Assembly (NCBI GenBank): GCA_027306925.1
Contig: DAHUXW010000065.1
Span: 1-61,808, forward strand
DNA: 61,808 nucleotides
Source: Acidimicrobiaceae bacterium
GTDB lineage: Bacteria; Actinomycetota; Acidimicrobiia; Acidimicrobiales; Bog-793
Reading direction: 5' to 3'
The notes below the pieces were generated by a model that searched no databases, had not been told where the DNA came from, and saw only the letters and a program-made list of their open reading frames with translations. Positions 53,301 to 61,808 of this stretch are shown piece by piece; within the stretch, counting starts at the first letter, position 1, and each line of letters starts with the position of its first letter. The position numbers were made by a program, and so were the translations under genes.

Positions 53301-54122
53301 GTGAGACCGATACCCGTCGTGTTCCACCTCGGACCGCTGCAGGTCCACACCTACGGCATCGGGCTCGCGATCACGTTCTGGTTCGGCTACCGCTACTTCG
53401 CGCGGCGCCTGCGCGCGGACGGCTATCCCGACGCGTGGCTCGGCGGGACGTTCGTCTGGATCGTCGTCACCGCGATCCTCGGGGCGCGGATCGTCCACGT
53501 GCTCGCAAACCTCGGCGACTACCGGGCGGACCCGGTCGAGGTGCTCGCGATCTGGCACGGCGGTCTCTCGTCGTTCGGCGGGTTGCTGCTCGCGGTGCCG
53601 ACCGGGATGCTGAGCGCGCGGCGCAGGTGCCCTCGGCTGCGCGCGCTGCGCGCGGCCGACCTCGTCGCACCGGTTCTCGTCGCCGCGTGGGCGCTCGGAC
53701 GCGTGCTCGGTCCACAGCTGATGGTCGCGGGCGGCGGCAAGCCGACTGGCCAGTGGTTCGGCATGTACTACGCGGGCGAGGTCGGCAGGCGCCTTCCTGT
53801 GCCCCTGTTCCAGGCCGTCGAGTGCCTCGCGGTGTTCGGGGTCGCGCTGTGGGTCGAACGCCTGGTCGCGCGCCGCGGCGGCCCTGAAGGCCTCGTCGTG
53901 GCGGTCGTCGCGGGCCTGTGGGGGCTCACGCGGTTCTTCGACGAGTACCTCTGGCTCACCCACGACGCGGGCTCGCTCGCGGTAGAGATCGGCGGCCTCG
54001 CGATGTTCGCCGTCGGGCTCGCCGTGTCGATCCGGCTGCTCGCCCGGGCGCGCACGGATCGCCGGCGGCCCGACGCATCCGGTGCGCTGTCCGGCGAGGA
54101 CCGGCTCCCCGCGGGGCGGTGA
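53301..54122 (+). CDS. lgt: Prolipoprotein diacylglyceryl transferase
   Basis: GTG start. GPLQVHTYGIGLAITFWFG, ILGARIVHVL and AIWHGGLSSFGG are Lgt signature regions. Confidence 0.8.
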   Translation: MRPIPVVFHLGPLQVHTYGIGLAITFWFGYRYFARRLRADGYPDAWLGGTFVWIVVTAILGARIVHVLANLGDYRADPVEVLAIWHGGLSSFGGLLLAVPTGMLSARRRCPRLRALRAADLVAPVLVAAWALGRVLGPQLMVAGGGKPTGQWFGMYYAGEVGRRLPVPLFQAVECLAVFGVALWVERLVARRGGPEGLVVAVVAGLWGLTRFFDEYLWLTHDAGSLAVEIGGLAMFAVGLAVSIRLLARARTDRRRPDASGALSGEDRLPAGR

Positions 54123-54129
54123 CGCTCCG

Positions 54130-54972
54130 ATGAGGGGGGCAGCCGGCTCCGCGGTGACACGTCGCCGCGGAGCCGGAGGACGCCCGGCCGGCGGAGCGAA
54201 CCGCGGCGGAGCCCGCGGTCGCACCGCTGCAGCTGTCGCCGCCTTCGCTGTCACGGCCTTCGCTGTCACCGCCTTCGCTGTCACGGCCTTCGCCGCTTCG
54301 CCGGTCGCCTCGGGCCAGGCCGTCGTGCGGGGCGCGGCGTTCGTCCCGGGCCGGGACGTCGGGGGGGGCGGTGGCGGGATGCGGCCGCGCACCCGGCCGC
54401 TCCCGCCGTTTGCCGCGCAGTCGAGGAGGGTCACGAGCGCCGACGTGCGGTACCTGTGGCACCCCGGCTGCCCGGTCGCCGTCTCGTCGCTCCGCATGCT
54501 CCACATGCGCTACTGGGGCTTCGACGCGCGGGTGCACATGGGGTGGATGCTCGTCAACGAGGCCGTCGTGCCGGCGGTGCTCGAGGTGTTCTCGACCCTG
54601 TACCGTGACCGCTTCCCGATCCGCCGGATGGTCACCGAGGAGGCCTTCCGCGGGAGCGACCCGGCGGCGATGGCCGCCGACGACACCTCGGGCTTCAACT
54701 GCCGGGCGGCGGTCGCTCCAGGCCCGCCGCAGTGGTCGGTCCACGCGTACGGGGAGGCGATCGACGTGAACACGGTCGAGAACCCCTACGTCGAGGGCGG
54801 CGCGGTCCAGCCCGCCGCCGGCGCCGCCTACCTCGACCGCGCCGACGTCCGTCCGGGCATGGCGGTGGCCGGAGGCGTGCTCGTGCGGGCGTTCGCCGCG
54901 GTCGGCTGGAAGTGGGGCGGCCGGTGGACCGCGACTCCCGACTACCAGCACTTCTCGGCGACAGGTGGCTGA
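54130..54972 (+). CDS. M15-family (VanY/D-Ala-D-Ala carboxypeptidase-like) metallopeptidase
   Basis: Zn motifs SVHAYGEAIDVN and DYQHF. The N-terminal signal region contains an (AFAVT)x3 repeat. The ORF is open from 54082. Confidence 0.75.
   Translation: MRGAAGSAVTRRRGAGGRPAGGANRGGARGRTAAAVAAFAVTAFAVTAFAVTAFAASPVASGQAVVRGAAFVPGRDVGGGGGGMRPRTRPLPPFAAQSRRVTSADVRYLWHPGCPVAVSSLRMLHMRYWGFDARVHMGWMLVNEAVVPAVLEVFSTLYRDRFPIRRMVTEEAFRGSDPAAMAADDTSGFNCRAAVAPGPPQWSVHAYGEAIDVNTVENPYVEGGAVQPAAGAAYLDRADVRPGMAVAGGVLVRAFAAVGWKWGGRWTATPDYQHFSATGG
54241..54294. repeat. 15-bp tandem repeat x3.6 (GCCTTCGCTGTCACS)
   Basis: Read directly. It encodes AFAVT-AFAVT-AFAVT-AFA within the hydrophobic core of the M15 peptidase signal peptide. 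Confidence 0.9.
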
Positions 54973-55837
54973 GCCGGGCGGCGGCACGGGCGGGCCGAGC
55001 CGCACGACGCGCCCGGCGCGCGCCGCCCGGTGGGCGGGAGGCGCCCTCGTGGCCGCCGCCGGGGCGACGTGCGGCTGTCCGCCGGCCGTCGCAGCCCCCG
55101 CGGCGCGCGCGAGGGCGTCGGTCCTCACCGCCCGTGCACCGGCCGGTCGTTCGGCGCGGCGCGCCGTCGTCGCCCGCCACACCCCGGCGAGCGGTGCGGC
55201 CGCGCGGCGGTGCGCCCCGAGCCTCGCGAACCGCGCGGCGCGCGACACCGGGGCGGGGCAGATCGTGACGGTCGAGGCCCCGAGCTACTCGGCGACCGTC
55301 GCGACGCTCACCGCGTGGCAGGACGTCCGCGGCTGCTTCGTGCGGGTCGCCGGTCCGTGGCCCGCGCACGTCGGCCGGTCGGGGCTGTCGGACCATCACG
55401 TCGAGGGCGACGGGACCACGCCGACCGGCGCGTACGCGATCGGGGCGACGATGTACGGCACCGCGCCGAACCCGGGCGTGCGCTACGCCTACCACCGGCT
55501 CCGCTGCGGGGACTGGTGGGACGAGGACCCGGCCTCTCGCCGGTACAACACGTTCGAGCACGTGACCTGCGGCACCACGCCGCCGTTCGGCGGGGACAGC
55601 GAGGCGCTGTGGACCGAGGTCCCCGCCTACGACCACTTCGCGGTCATCGAGTACAACTCGCGCCCCGTGGTCGCCGGACGTGGGTCGGCGATCTTCCTCC
55701 ACGTGTCGACCGGCACGCCGACCGACGGCTGCGTGAGCCTCCCGCTCGCCCGGCTCGACCGCGTGCTGCGCTGGCTCAGGCCCGGGCGGCACCCGATCGT
55801 CGCGATCGGGACCGCGGCGGAGATCGCGGGCCCGTGA
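54965..55837 (+). CDS. L,D-transpeptidase (YkuD/ErfK family)
   Basis: Catalytic motif IFLHVSTGTPTDGCVSL (H...GC). N-terminal export-like segment. The GTG start overlaps the M15 gene stop. Confidence 0.75.
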   Translation: MAEPGGGTGGPSRTTRPARAARWAGGALVAAAGATCGCPPAVAAPAARARASVLTARAPAGRSARRAVVARHTPASGAAARRCAPSLANRAARDTGAGQIVTVEAPSYSATVATLTAWQDVRGCFVRVAGPWPAHVGRSGLSDHHVEGDGTTPTGAYAIGATMYGTAPNPGVRYAYHRLRCGDWWDEDPASRRYNTFEHVTCGTTPPFGGDSEALWTEVPAYDHFAVIEYNSRPVVAGRGSAIFLHVSTGTPTDGCVSLPLARLDRVLRWLRPGRHPIVAIGTAAEIAGP

Positions 55838-55873
55838 GCCGGCTCCCGCCGCGGCGCGCGTCGCTCCGGCGGC

Positions 55874-57072
55874 TCACCCCGGCCGCGCCGCGGACCGGTA
55901 GGTGCCGGTCGCCGAGCGCGTGTTGGCGGCCCGGTCGGTCGCCGTCGCCCGGTAGGTCGTGCGGGTCCCGACCGACGCGCGAGTGCGGACGCACGACGCC
56001 ACTCCCGACAGCGCGTCACGCGCGCTGCACACGGGGACGGGCATGACGCCCGCGTAGGTCGCGCCGTCGCTAGGGCCGGTCACCGTGACCGTCGGCCCGA
56101 CGAGGTCGAGGTCGATGTTCCGACGGACGACGGTGGCCGCCCCGCCGTCCGTGGCGAGGATCGCGCGTGTCGCCGACCGCTCCGCTCCACTTCGGCTGGA
56201 TCGCACGGGCGCCGGGCAGCGGCCGACGAGCGACGCGCCGTCGGTCGTGCAGCGGATGGTGACGGTCACCGGGCTCCGGTACCAGCCGAAGCGCGACCGC
56301 GCGTACTTCGCGCTCACGACCGCGGTGATGCGCGGACGGTGGCGCGCGGTCGGCCCCGACGACCCCGCGAAGTTCACGTCGCCCGCGTGCACGGCCGCGA
56401 CGTGCTGCGTGAGCCCCGGAGGGACCGTGAACGCGAGCGCCGCGCGCCGGCTCGCGAGGGTCGCCCGGCATGAACGTGGCGGTGACGACGTGGTTGCCCG
56501 GCGCGAGCGGCCCGCCGACCGCGGCGCTGAGCGCGGGGCTCGTGACCCTGCCGCCCGCGACCGGGGGAGGCGTGCCGGGGCCCGCTCCGTCCACCGTCCG
56601 CACGTTCCCGAGCAACGACGCACCGGTGGACAGCGCTCCGCCAACCGTCGCGTAGATGCCGCTCGTCCCGACCTTGGTGACCGTGCCGTCGAGCGAGTAG
56701 GTCCACGCGGGAGCCGACTGGCCGCGGATCGCGACGACCGGCGGGCCGCTCGTGCCCATCCTCGGGAAGGCCGGGAAATCGTTGACGGTCCCGCCGCGGT
56801 CATTGGAACCCGGGACCTTGTCGCCCGCGAGCGCGACGACTCCCGAGCCGTCGACGGAGGGCTGGCGGTAGCTGTTGAAGTGGTTCGCCGACCCGGCAGG
56901 TGTCCCGCCGTTGTCGACGACGGTCGACCAGGAGAGCTACGTGTCAGCGGCTCCTGCCGGGCGAGCGCCGGGGAGCGGGGATCCCGACCGGGGCGGCGGC
57001 GAGCAGCGCTGCGAGCGGTGCCAGACGGCGCGCCGTGGAGCTACGACGAACGATGCGCCCACTTCCTTCCAT
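55874..57072 (-). pseudogene. Decayed secreted Ig-like-domain protein gene (two frameshifts plus in-frame TAG)
   Basis: The signal peptide MEGSGRIVRRSSTARRLAPLAALLAAAPVG is in one frame. TAG-LSWSTVVDNGGTPAGS...GNHVVTATFMPGD is in a second frame. ALAFTVPPGLTQHVAAVHAGDVNFAGSS...LVGPTVTVTGPSDGATYAG is in a third. The TAG is at 56937-56939, and a shift falls near 56460-56470. Confidence 0.6.
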
Positions 57073-57298
57073 CCGTCCTGCACGCGCCTTGACGCGACCG
57101 TGCAAGCACCGCGTGACCATACGGACGCGACCCCCTCGCCGACAGGACCGATCGGTCCGATTCGCCGGCGTGACGCGCTCCACGGGGCGCGCCGGTCGCC
57201 GCGGCGGACGCGTCCACGCGCACGCGACCTCGCGGCGCGGCGGAGGACCCCCCGGCGCCGCCCGGGTCAGCAGGCGTGCGGTGGCGGCGCGCGCCGGC

Positions 57299-58675
57299 TC
57301 AGGCGGTGAGGGCCTCGACCGCCGAGGCGAGCACGTCGAGGCCATCGCCGAGCAGCGCCTCGTCGATCACGAGCGGCGGGAGGAGGCGGACGACGTTGCC
57401 GAAGGTGCCGCACGTGAGCACGACGACCCCGGCGGCGTGGCACGCGGCCGCGACCCGCTTCGCGGCGGCCGCGTCCGGGTCCCCCGTGCCCGGCCGCACG
57501 AGCTCGACGGCCTGCATCGCGCCGCGCCCGCGCACGTCGCCGACCGCGGCGCTGGAGGCCGCGAGCTTCGTCAGGCGCTCGCCGATCACCGAGCCGATCC
57601 GCCGCGCCGCGGCGGGGAGGTCGAGCGCGCGCATCGTCACGATCGACCCGAGCGCGGCCGCGCACGCGACGGGGTTCCCTCCGTAGGTGCCCCCGATCCC
57701 GCCCGGATGCACCCCGTCCATGACCTCGGCGCGACCTGTAACGGCCGCGAGCGGCAGGCCTCCCGCGAGCGCCTTCGCGGTCGTGACGAGGTCCGGCACG
57801 ACCTCTTCGTGGTCGCACGCGAACCAGTCGCCGGTGCGGGCGAACCCCGTCTGGATCTCGTCGGCGACGAACAGCGCACCGTGCTCGGCGCACCAGCGGG
57901 ACAGCGCGGGAAGAAAGCCCGGGGCCGGCACGACGAAGCCTCCCTCGCCCTGGATCGGCTCGACGAGCACGCACGCGACGTTGCCCGCGCCGACTTGCGC
58001 CTCAACGGTGTCGATCGCGCGCGCGGCCGCTTCGGCGCCGGTCATCCCCGCCGGATCGCGGAACGGGTAGGACATCGGCACGCGGTACACCTCGGGGGCA
58101 AATGGGCCGAACCGGTCCTTGTACGGCATGTTCTTGGCCGTGAGGGCCATCGTGAGGTTCGTGCGCCCGTGGTACGCGTGGTCGAACACGACCACGGCCT
58201 GGCGCCGCGTCACGTGACGGGCGATCTTCACGGCGTTCTCGACGGCTTCGGCCCCGGAGTTGAACAGCGCCGAGCGCTTCTCGTGGGAGCCGGGGGTGAG
58301 CGCGGCGAGCTCCTCGCAGACCTCGACGTACCCCTCGTACGGCGTGACCATGAAGCAGGTATGTGTGAAACGCGCGGCCTGAGCGCGGACGCGCTCGACG
58401 ACCTCACCGGCCGCGTGGCCGACGCTTAGGACCGCGATGCCCGCGCCGAGATCGATGAGCGAGTTCCCGTCGACGTCGACGAGGACGGCGCCCGACGCCC
58501 GCTCGACGTAGACCGGGAGCGTGCTCGAGACGCCCGCGGCAACCGTGGTCCGGCGCCGCTCCTCGAGCGCGCGCGACCTCGGACCCGGGATCTCGGTGAC
58601 GAGCCTGCGCTGCTGAGCGATCGCCGCCTCGTCTCCACCGGTGGCCGTCACGTCCCGCTCCTCGCCGGCGGGCAC
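57299..58675 (-). CDS. gabT: 4-aminobutyrate--2-oxoglutarate transaminase
   Basis: Class III aminotransferase with GabT-like regions: EIPGPRS, DVDGNSLIDLGAGIAV, FNSGAEAVENAVKIAR, FVADEIQTGFARTG and TAKALAGGLPL. Confidence 0.8.
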   Translation of the reverse strand: MPAGEERDVTATGGDEAAIAQQRRLVTEIPGPRSRALEERRRTTVAAGVSSTLPVYVERASGAVLVDVDGNSLIDLGAGIAVLSVGHAAGEVVERVRAQAARFTHTCFMVTPYEGYVEVCEELAALTPGSHEKRSALFNSGAEAVENAVKIARHVTRRQAVVVFDHAYHGRTNLTMALTAKNMPYKDRFGPFAPEVYRVPMSYPFRDPAGMTGAEAAARAIDTVEAQVGAGNVACVLVEPIQGEGGFVVPAPGFLPALSRWCAEHGALFVADEIQTGFARTGDWFACDHEEVVPDLVTTAKALAGGLPLAAVTGRAEVMDGVHPGGIGGTYGGNPVACAAALGSIVTMRALDLPAAARRIGSVIGERLTKLAASSAAVGDVRGRGAMQAVELVRPGTGDPDAAAAKRVAAACHAAGVVVLTCGTFGNVVRLLPPLVIDEALLGDGLDVLASAVEALTA

Positions 58676-58751
58676 CGCGTCGTCCCGCCGGCCGTAATGA
58701 TCGCGCTCGGCGGCGGGCGCGGCGAGGGCGCCGGCCCGCGAGACTGGTGGG

Positions 58752-59981
58752 ATGACGCGCGCCGGCTACCGCTCCGTGCTCGGCGCGCCGGGAGTCCGCT
58801 GGCTCATGGCTACCTCGCTCGTCGCCCGCCTCCCCGCGGCGATGGCCGGCCTCGCGATCATCCTGCGCGTCTCGCACGGGACCGGCTCCTACGCGAAAGC
58901 CGGCGCGGTCACCGCCGCGTTCGTCGTCGGCGCGGCCCTCGTCGGCCCCGTGCTCGGCCGCCTCGCGGACCGCCTCGGCCGCCGCCCGGTCCTGCTCGCC
59001 GCATCGGTCGCGAACACCGCCGGCCTCGTCGCGCTGAGCCGTGTGCCGACGCACGACACCGGGACGATCCTCGCCGTCGCAGCGCTCGCCGGCGCGAGCT
59101 CCCCTCCGGTCGCCGCGTCGGTCCGGTCGCTCTGGCCGGCGCTCGTGGAGGCCGCGCGGCGTGACGCCCTCTACGCGGTCGACTCGACCCTGCAAGAGCT
59201 CACGTTCGTCGTCGGCCCCGCGCTCGTCGCGATCATCGGCAGCGCGTTCGGCGTGTCCGCGCCGCTCGTCGCGAGCGGCGCGTTCGGGCTCGTCGGGACC
59301 GTCGCGCTCGTGAGCCACCCGGTCATCACGACCGGCGCCGAGCACCGGCCGCACCGTGACGCGCGGGTGCTGAGCCGCCCGCTCCTCGTGCTCATCGGAG
59401 CGATCACGCTGCTCGTGCTCGCGTTCGGCTCGCTCGAGATCGGCGTCGTCGCGTTCGCCGGCGCGAGACACGCCGCCGGCCAGGCGGGCTTGTTGCTCGG
59501 CGTGTGGAGCGCCGGATCGCTGCTCGGTGGCGCGCTGTTCGGCACGCGCGCGACCGCCGGCGGCGCCCGCGTGCTTCCCGGGCTCCTCGTGGCGTGCGCG
59601 GGGGGCTTCGCGCTGCTCGCGGGGACTCCCGGCGTCGCGGCCCTCTACGCGCTGCTGTTCGTCGCCGGGCTCGTCATCGCTCCGAGCCTGGGCTGCATCT
59701 ACGGGCTCGCGGGACGCCTCGCGCTCCCCGGCGCGGTCGTCGAGGCGTTCAGCTGGGTCTCGAGCGGCATCCTCGTCGGCGCCGCCACGGGGTCGGCCGC
59801 GGGCGGGATCGTGGTCCAGCACTTCGGCAGCCGCGTCGACTTCCTCGCGTCCGGGCTCGCGAGCCTCGCCGCCGCAGCGACCGCGGTCACGCTCAGGCGC
59901 CACGTCGCGTCGCGGCGGTGGCCGGCCGGCGGCGGGCACGAGGCGCCGCCCGCCGAGGCGGCCGCGCGGCTGGGCGCGTAG
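58752..59981 (+). CDS. MFS transporter
   Basis: 12 TM-like segments. The GRLADRLGRRPVLL motif lies between TM2 and TM3. Confidence 0.8.
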   Translation: MTRAGYRSVLGAPGVRWLMATSLVARLPAAMAGLAIILRVSHGTGSYAKAGAVTAAFVVGAALVGPVLGRLADRLGRRPVLLAASVANTAGLVALSRVPTHDTGTILAVAALAGASSPPVAASVRSLWPALVEAARRDALYAVDSTLQELTFVVGPALVAIIGSAFGVSAPLVASGAFGLVGTVALVSHPVITTGAEHRPHRDARVLSRPLLVLIGAITLLVLAFGSLEIGVVAFAGARHAAGQAGLLLGVWSAGSLLGGALFGTRATAGGARVLPGLLVACAGGFALLAGTPGVAALYALLFVAGLVIAPSLGCIYGLAGRLALPGAVVEAFSWVSSGILVGAATGSAAGGIVVQHFGSRVDFLASGLASLAAAATAVTLRRHVASRRWPAGGGHEAPPAEAAARLGA

Positions 59982-59985
59982 CGAC

Positions 59986-60825
59986 GTGGGCGCACGACAG
60001 GAGCTCCCGCCGGTCGTCGACTGCGAGTGGCTCGGCGCACACCGGGCCTCGGTCGTCGTCGTCGACGTCCGCTGGTACTCCGACGGGCGGTCGGCAGCGC
60101 ACTCCTACCGCGACGGCCACATCCCCGGAGCGGTCCGCGTCGACCTCGACCGCGCGCTCGCCGCCGCTCCGTCGGACTCGGCCGGCCGCCACCCGCTCCC
60201 GCCGCCCGACGACTTCGCCCGCTCGATGGCCGCGGCCGGCATCGGCGACGGCGACGTCGTCGTCGGCTGCGACGACGCGGGTGGCGTCATCGCGGCGCGC
60301 CTCGTCTGGATGCTCCGTGCGACCGGACACGACGCGGCGCTCCTCGACGGCGGCGTCGGCGCGTGGCCCGGTCCGCTCGAGCGCGGCGTGCGCAGCCGGG
60401 CACCCGCGTCGTTCGCCGCGCGCCCGTGGCCCGAGGAGCTCCTCGCGTCGATCGAGGACGTCGCGTCGCCGCCCGACGGCGCGGTCGTCGTCGACGCGCG
60501 CCCGCGAGACCGCTTCGAAGGCGCGCCCGACACGCTCGACCCTCGCGCGGGCCACATTCCGGGCGCGCGCAGCCTGCCGTGCCGCGAGCAGCTCGACGGG
60601 TCAGGAGCGCTGCTCGCCCGCGACGAGATCGTCGCGCACGCCGCCGCGGTCGGGATCCGCGCCGGGACGCCCGTGATCGCGACCTGCGGGTCGGGCGTCA
60701 CCGCGTGCCACGACCTGCTCGTCCTCGAGTGGGCGGGCGTCGGCCGGGGCCGCTTGTTCCCCGGCTCGTGGTCCCAGTGGAGCCGCGACGCGCGCCGTGC
60801 GGTCGCGACCGGCCCGGACCGCTAG
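59986..60825 (+). CDS. Thiosulfate/3-mercaptopyruvate sulfurtransferase (tandem rhodanese)
   Basis: GHIPGAV appears in the first domain and RAGHIPGARSLP in the second. Active-site loop ATCGSGVTAC. GTG 59986 within the longer listed ORF. Confidence 0.8.
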   Translation: MGARQELPPVVDCEWLGAHRASVVVVDVRWYSDGRSAAHSYRDGHIPGAVRVDLDRALAAAPSDSAGRHPLPPPDDFARSMAAAGIGDGDVVVGCDDAGGVIAARLVWMLRATGHDAALLDGGVGAWPGPLERGVRSRAPASFAARPWPEELLASIEDVASPPDGAVVVDARPRDRFEGAPDTLDPRAGHIPGARSLPCREQLDGSGALLARDEIVAHAAAVGIRAGTPVIATCGSGVTACHDLLVLEWAGVGRGRLFPGSWSQWSRDARRAVATGPDR

Positions 60826-61452
60826 CCGACCGCCCCTCCCGACCTCCCGGCGATCCGGCGGAGCGGCGCCACGCCTGCGCGGCGCGGGCGCTTCGGATTC
60901 CCTTGCGCCGGGCTCGATGCCCGCCGCGCGGCGCAGCTCACCGTAGAGGGCCGCGAGCTGGGGCAGCTGGTAGTGCGCCTGGAGCCCGCTCGGGTTCGGC
61001 AGCACCCAGAGCGTCGCGCCGGCGAGCTCCTCGTCCTGCCGGCCGACGACGGCACGCGGACGGCCGAACGCGACCCGGTAAGCCTGGACGCCGAGCACCG
61101 CGACGTGTGGCGGGGAGCACGCAGCGACGGTCTCCTCGAGCGCACGCGCACCCGCGCGCAGCTCGCCGGCCGAGAGCTCTGCCGCGCTCGCCGAGCACCG
61201 TCGGACCAGGTTCGTGAGCCCGACGCCGAGGTCGACGAGGAGCCCCTGCTCGCTCGGCCGCAGCACCCGGTCGGTGAAGCCCGCCGCATGGAGCACCGGC
61301 CAGAACCGGTTCCCCGGGCGGGCGAAGTGGTGGCCGACGCGCGCGGACGTGAGCCCGGGATTCGTCCCGCACAGCAGCACCGTGACGCGGGGCCCGACGA
61401 GGTCGGGAAGGAGCAGCTCGCCGGGGGCGCCGGGGGGCGCGCCGGTCGACAT
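60601..61452 (-). CDS. mug: G/U mismatch-specific DNA glycosylase (Mug/TDG family) with anomalous C-terminal tail
   Basis: LLCGTNPGLTS, RPGNRFW and WVLPNPSG. The conserved domain ends near 60915. The ORF has no stop until 60601, giving a roughly 95-aa Arg-rich tail that overlaps the convergent sulfurtransferase gene by 225 nt. Confidence 0.65.
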   Translation of the reverse strand: MSTGAPPGAPGELLLPDLVGPRVTVLLCGTNPGLTSARVGHHFARPGNRFWPVLHAAGFTDRVLRPSEQGLLVDLGVGLTNLVRRCSASAAELSAGELRAGARALEETVAACSPPHVAVLGVQAYRVAFGRPRAVVGRQDEELAGATLWVLPNPSGLQAHYQLPQLAALYGELRRAAGIEPGARESEAPAPRRRGAAPPDRREVGRGGRLAVRAGRDRTARVAAPLGPRAGEQAAPADARPLEDEQVVARGDARPAGRDHGRPGADPDRGGVRDDLVAGEQRS

Positions 61453-61565
61453 CGACCGAGCATCGCGCACCTCGTGCGCGCACGCGGCGCGGGCGTGGGT
61501 TGCCGCGCCGGCGGCAGACCCGTCGCGCGCCCGCGTTCCCGCGACCACCTCCGAAGCTGCGAACC

Positions 61566-61613
61566 ATATTTATGTCTGTAACATGCCTTGGAAGGCATAA
61601 CAACCATAAATAT
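61566..61613. promoter_or_regulatory. AT-rich nested inverted repeats in the mug/XRE divergent region
   Basis: Outer arms are ATATTTATG (61566-61574) and CATAAATAT (61605-61613). Inner arms are ATGCCTT (61583-61589) and AAGGCAT (61592-61598). This is the lowest-GC stretch in the window. Confidence 0.45.
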
Positions 61614-61686
61614 CGTCGTACTGGTCCGTACTTCAGAAGCACTATTGGGGAGTGGGGTCACTATAGTGGCTGATGGAGGTCAGGAC

Positions 61687-61808
61687 ATGCGCAACGATGA
61701 GCTCGGGCAGAGGCTGGGGGAACGCGTCCGAGCGCTGCGGTCCGCCCGGCGACTCACCCAGGCCGAGCTTGCGGAGCAGGCGAACGTGTCGGTCGGGGCG
61801 CTCAAACA
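61687..61808 (+). CDS. XRE-family helix-turn-helix transcriptional regulator, 3' end cut by window edge
   Basis: GGAGG Shine-Dalgarno, then ATG 61687. MRNDELGQRLGERVRALRSARRLTQAELAEQANVSVGALK is a canonical XRE HTH. Not in the ORF track because it is truncated. Confidence 0.75.
   Translation, partial: MRNDELGQRLGERVRALRSARRLTQAELAEQANVSVGALK

Overview
This is a high-GC (roughly 70% or more by eye) Actinomycetota-type chromosomal segment, read here without any database search; all family calls rest on remembered signature motifs and gene order. About 55 protein genes, 2 tRNAs and 1 IS element are supported.

Layout:
- 1-10.4 kb: accessory or conflict island. It holds a truncated SbcD-like phosphoesterase, a Phd/RelE TA pair, a PrimPol-SF2 helicase fusion, an unknown helical protein, an AAA/DUF4143 ATPase, an IS1634-family IS, a decayed DUF433/DUF5615 TA pair and PaiB.
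- 10.4-16.2 kb: an amber-split methyltransferase, a secreted phosphodiester glycosidase, two divergent TauE exporters and a PAS-GGDEF-EAL protein.
- 16.2-24.3 kb: a minus-strand aminoethylphosphonate-type uptake and catabolism operon (SBP, 2 permeases, ATPase, amber-split TIGR03767-type metallophosphoesterase, TIGR03364-type FAD oxidoreductase, phosphonatase-like HAD) with a PHO-box-like repeat upstream.
- 24.3-29 kb: a 1540-aa secreted sedolisin (S53) with IPT/TIG, FN3 and propeller-like repeats.
- 29-34 kb: HAD-IIA, an adenosine-kinase-like protein, an archease-like protein, tRNA-Ser(GCT), a membrane protein, tRNA-Arg(ACG) and a PNPOx-like protein.
- 34-38 kb: the arsC-acr3-arsI / arsR-chrA metal(loid) resistance cluster.
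- 38-40.4 kb: moaA-moeA, separated by a hexamer microsatellite.
- 40.5-46 kb: SRPBCC, a methyltransferase, a UvrD-like/HRDC helicase and an SGNH hydrolase.
- 45.7-50.4 kb: a CsoR/CstR-family regulon (beta-CA, methyltransferase, DUF302, regulator, thioredoxin, divergent MMPL) with two ATACCC-N4-GGGTAY palindromes.
- 50.4-51.5 kb: a 1.08-kb gene-free, structure-rich gap with lower GC.
- 51.5-61.8 kb: a Tat-secreted DMFase-like protein, lgt, an M15 peptidase, an L,D-transpeptidase, a decayed Ig-like gene, gabT, an MFS transporter, a rhodanese, mug and a truncated XRE regulator.

Most noteworthy:
1. The PrimPol-helicase three-gene module in the TA/IS island.
2. The long structured non-coding gap.
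3. Three conserved genes interrupted by in-frame TAG codons.
4. The His-less CsoR-family regulator with its paired operators.

No CRISPR array, rRNA or integrase was seen.
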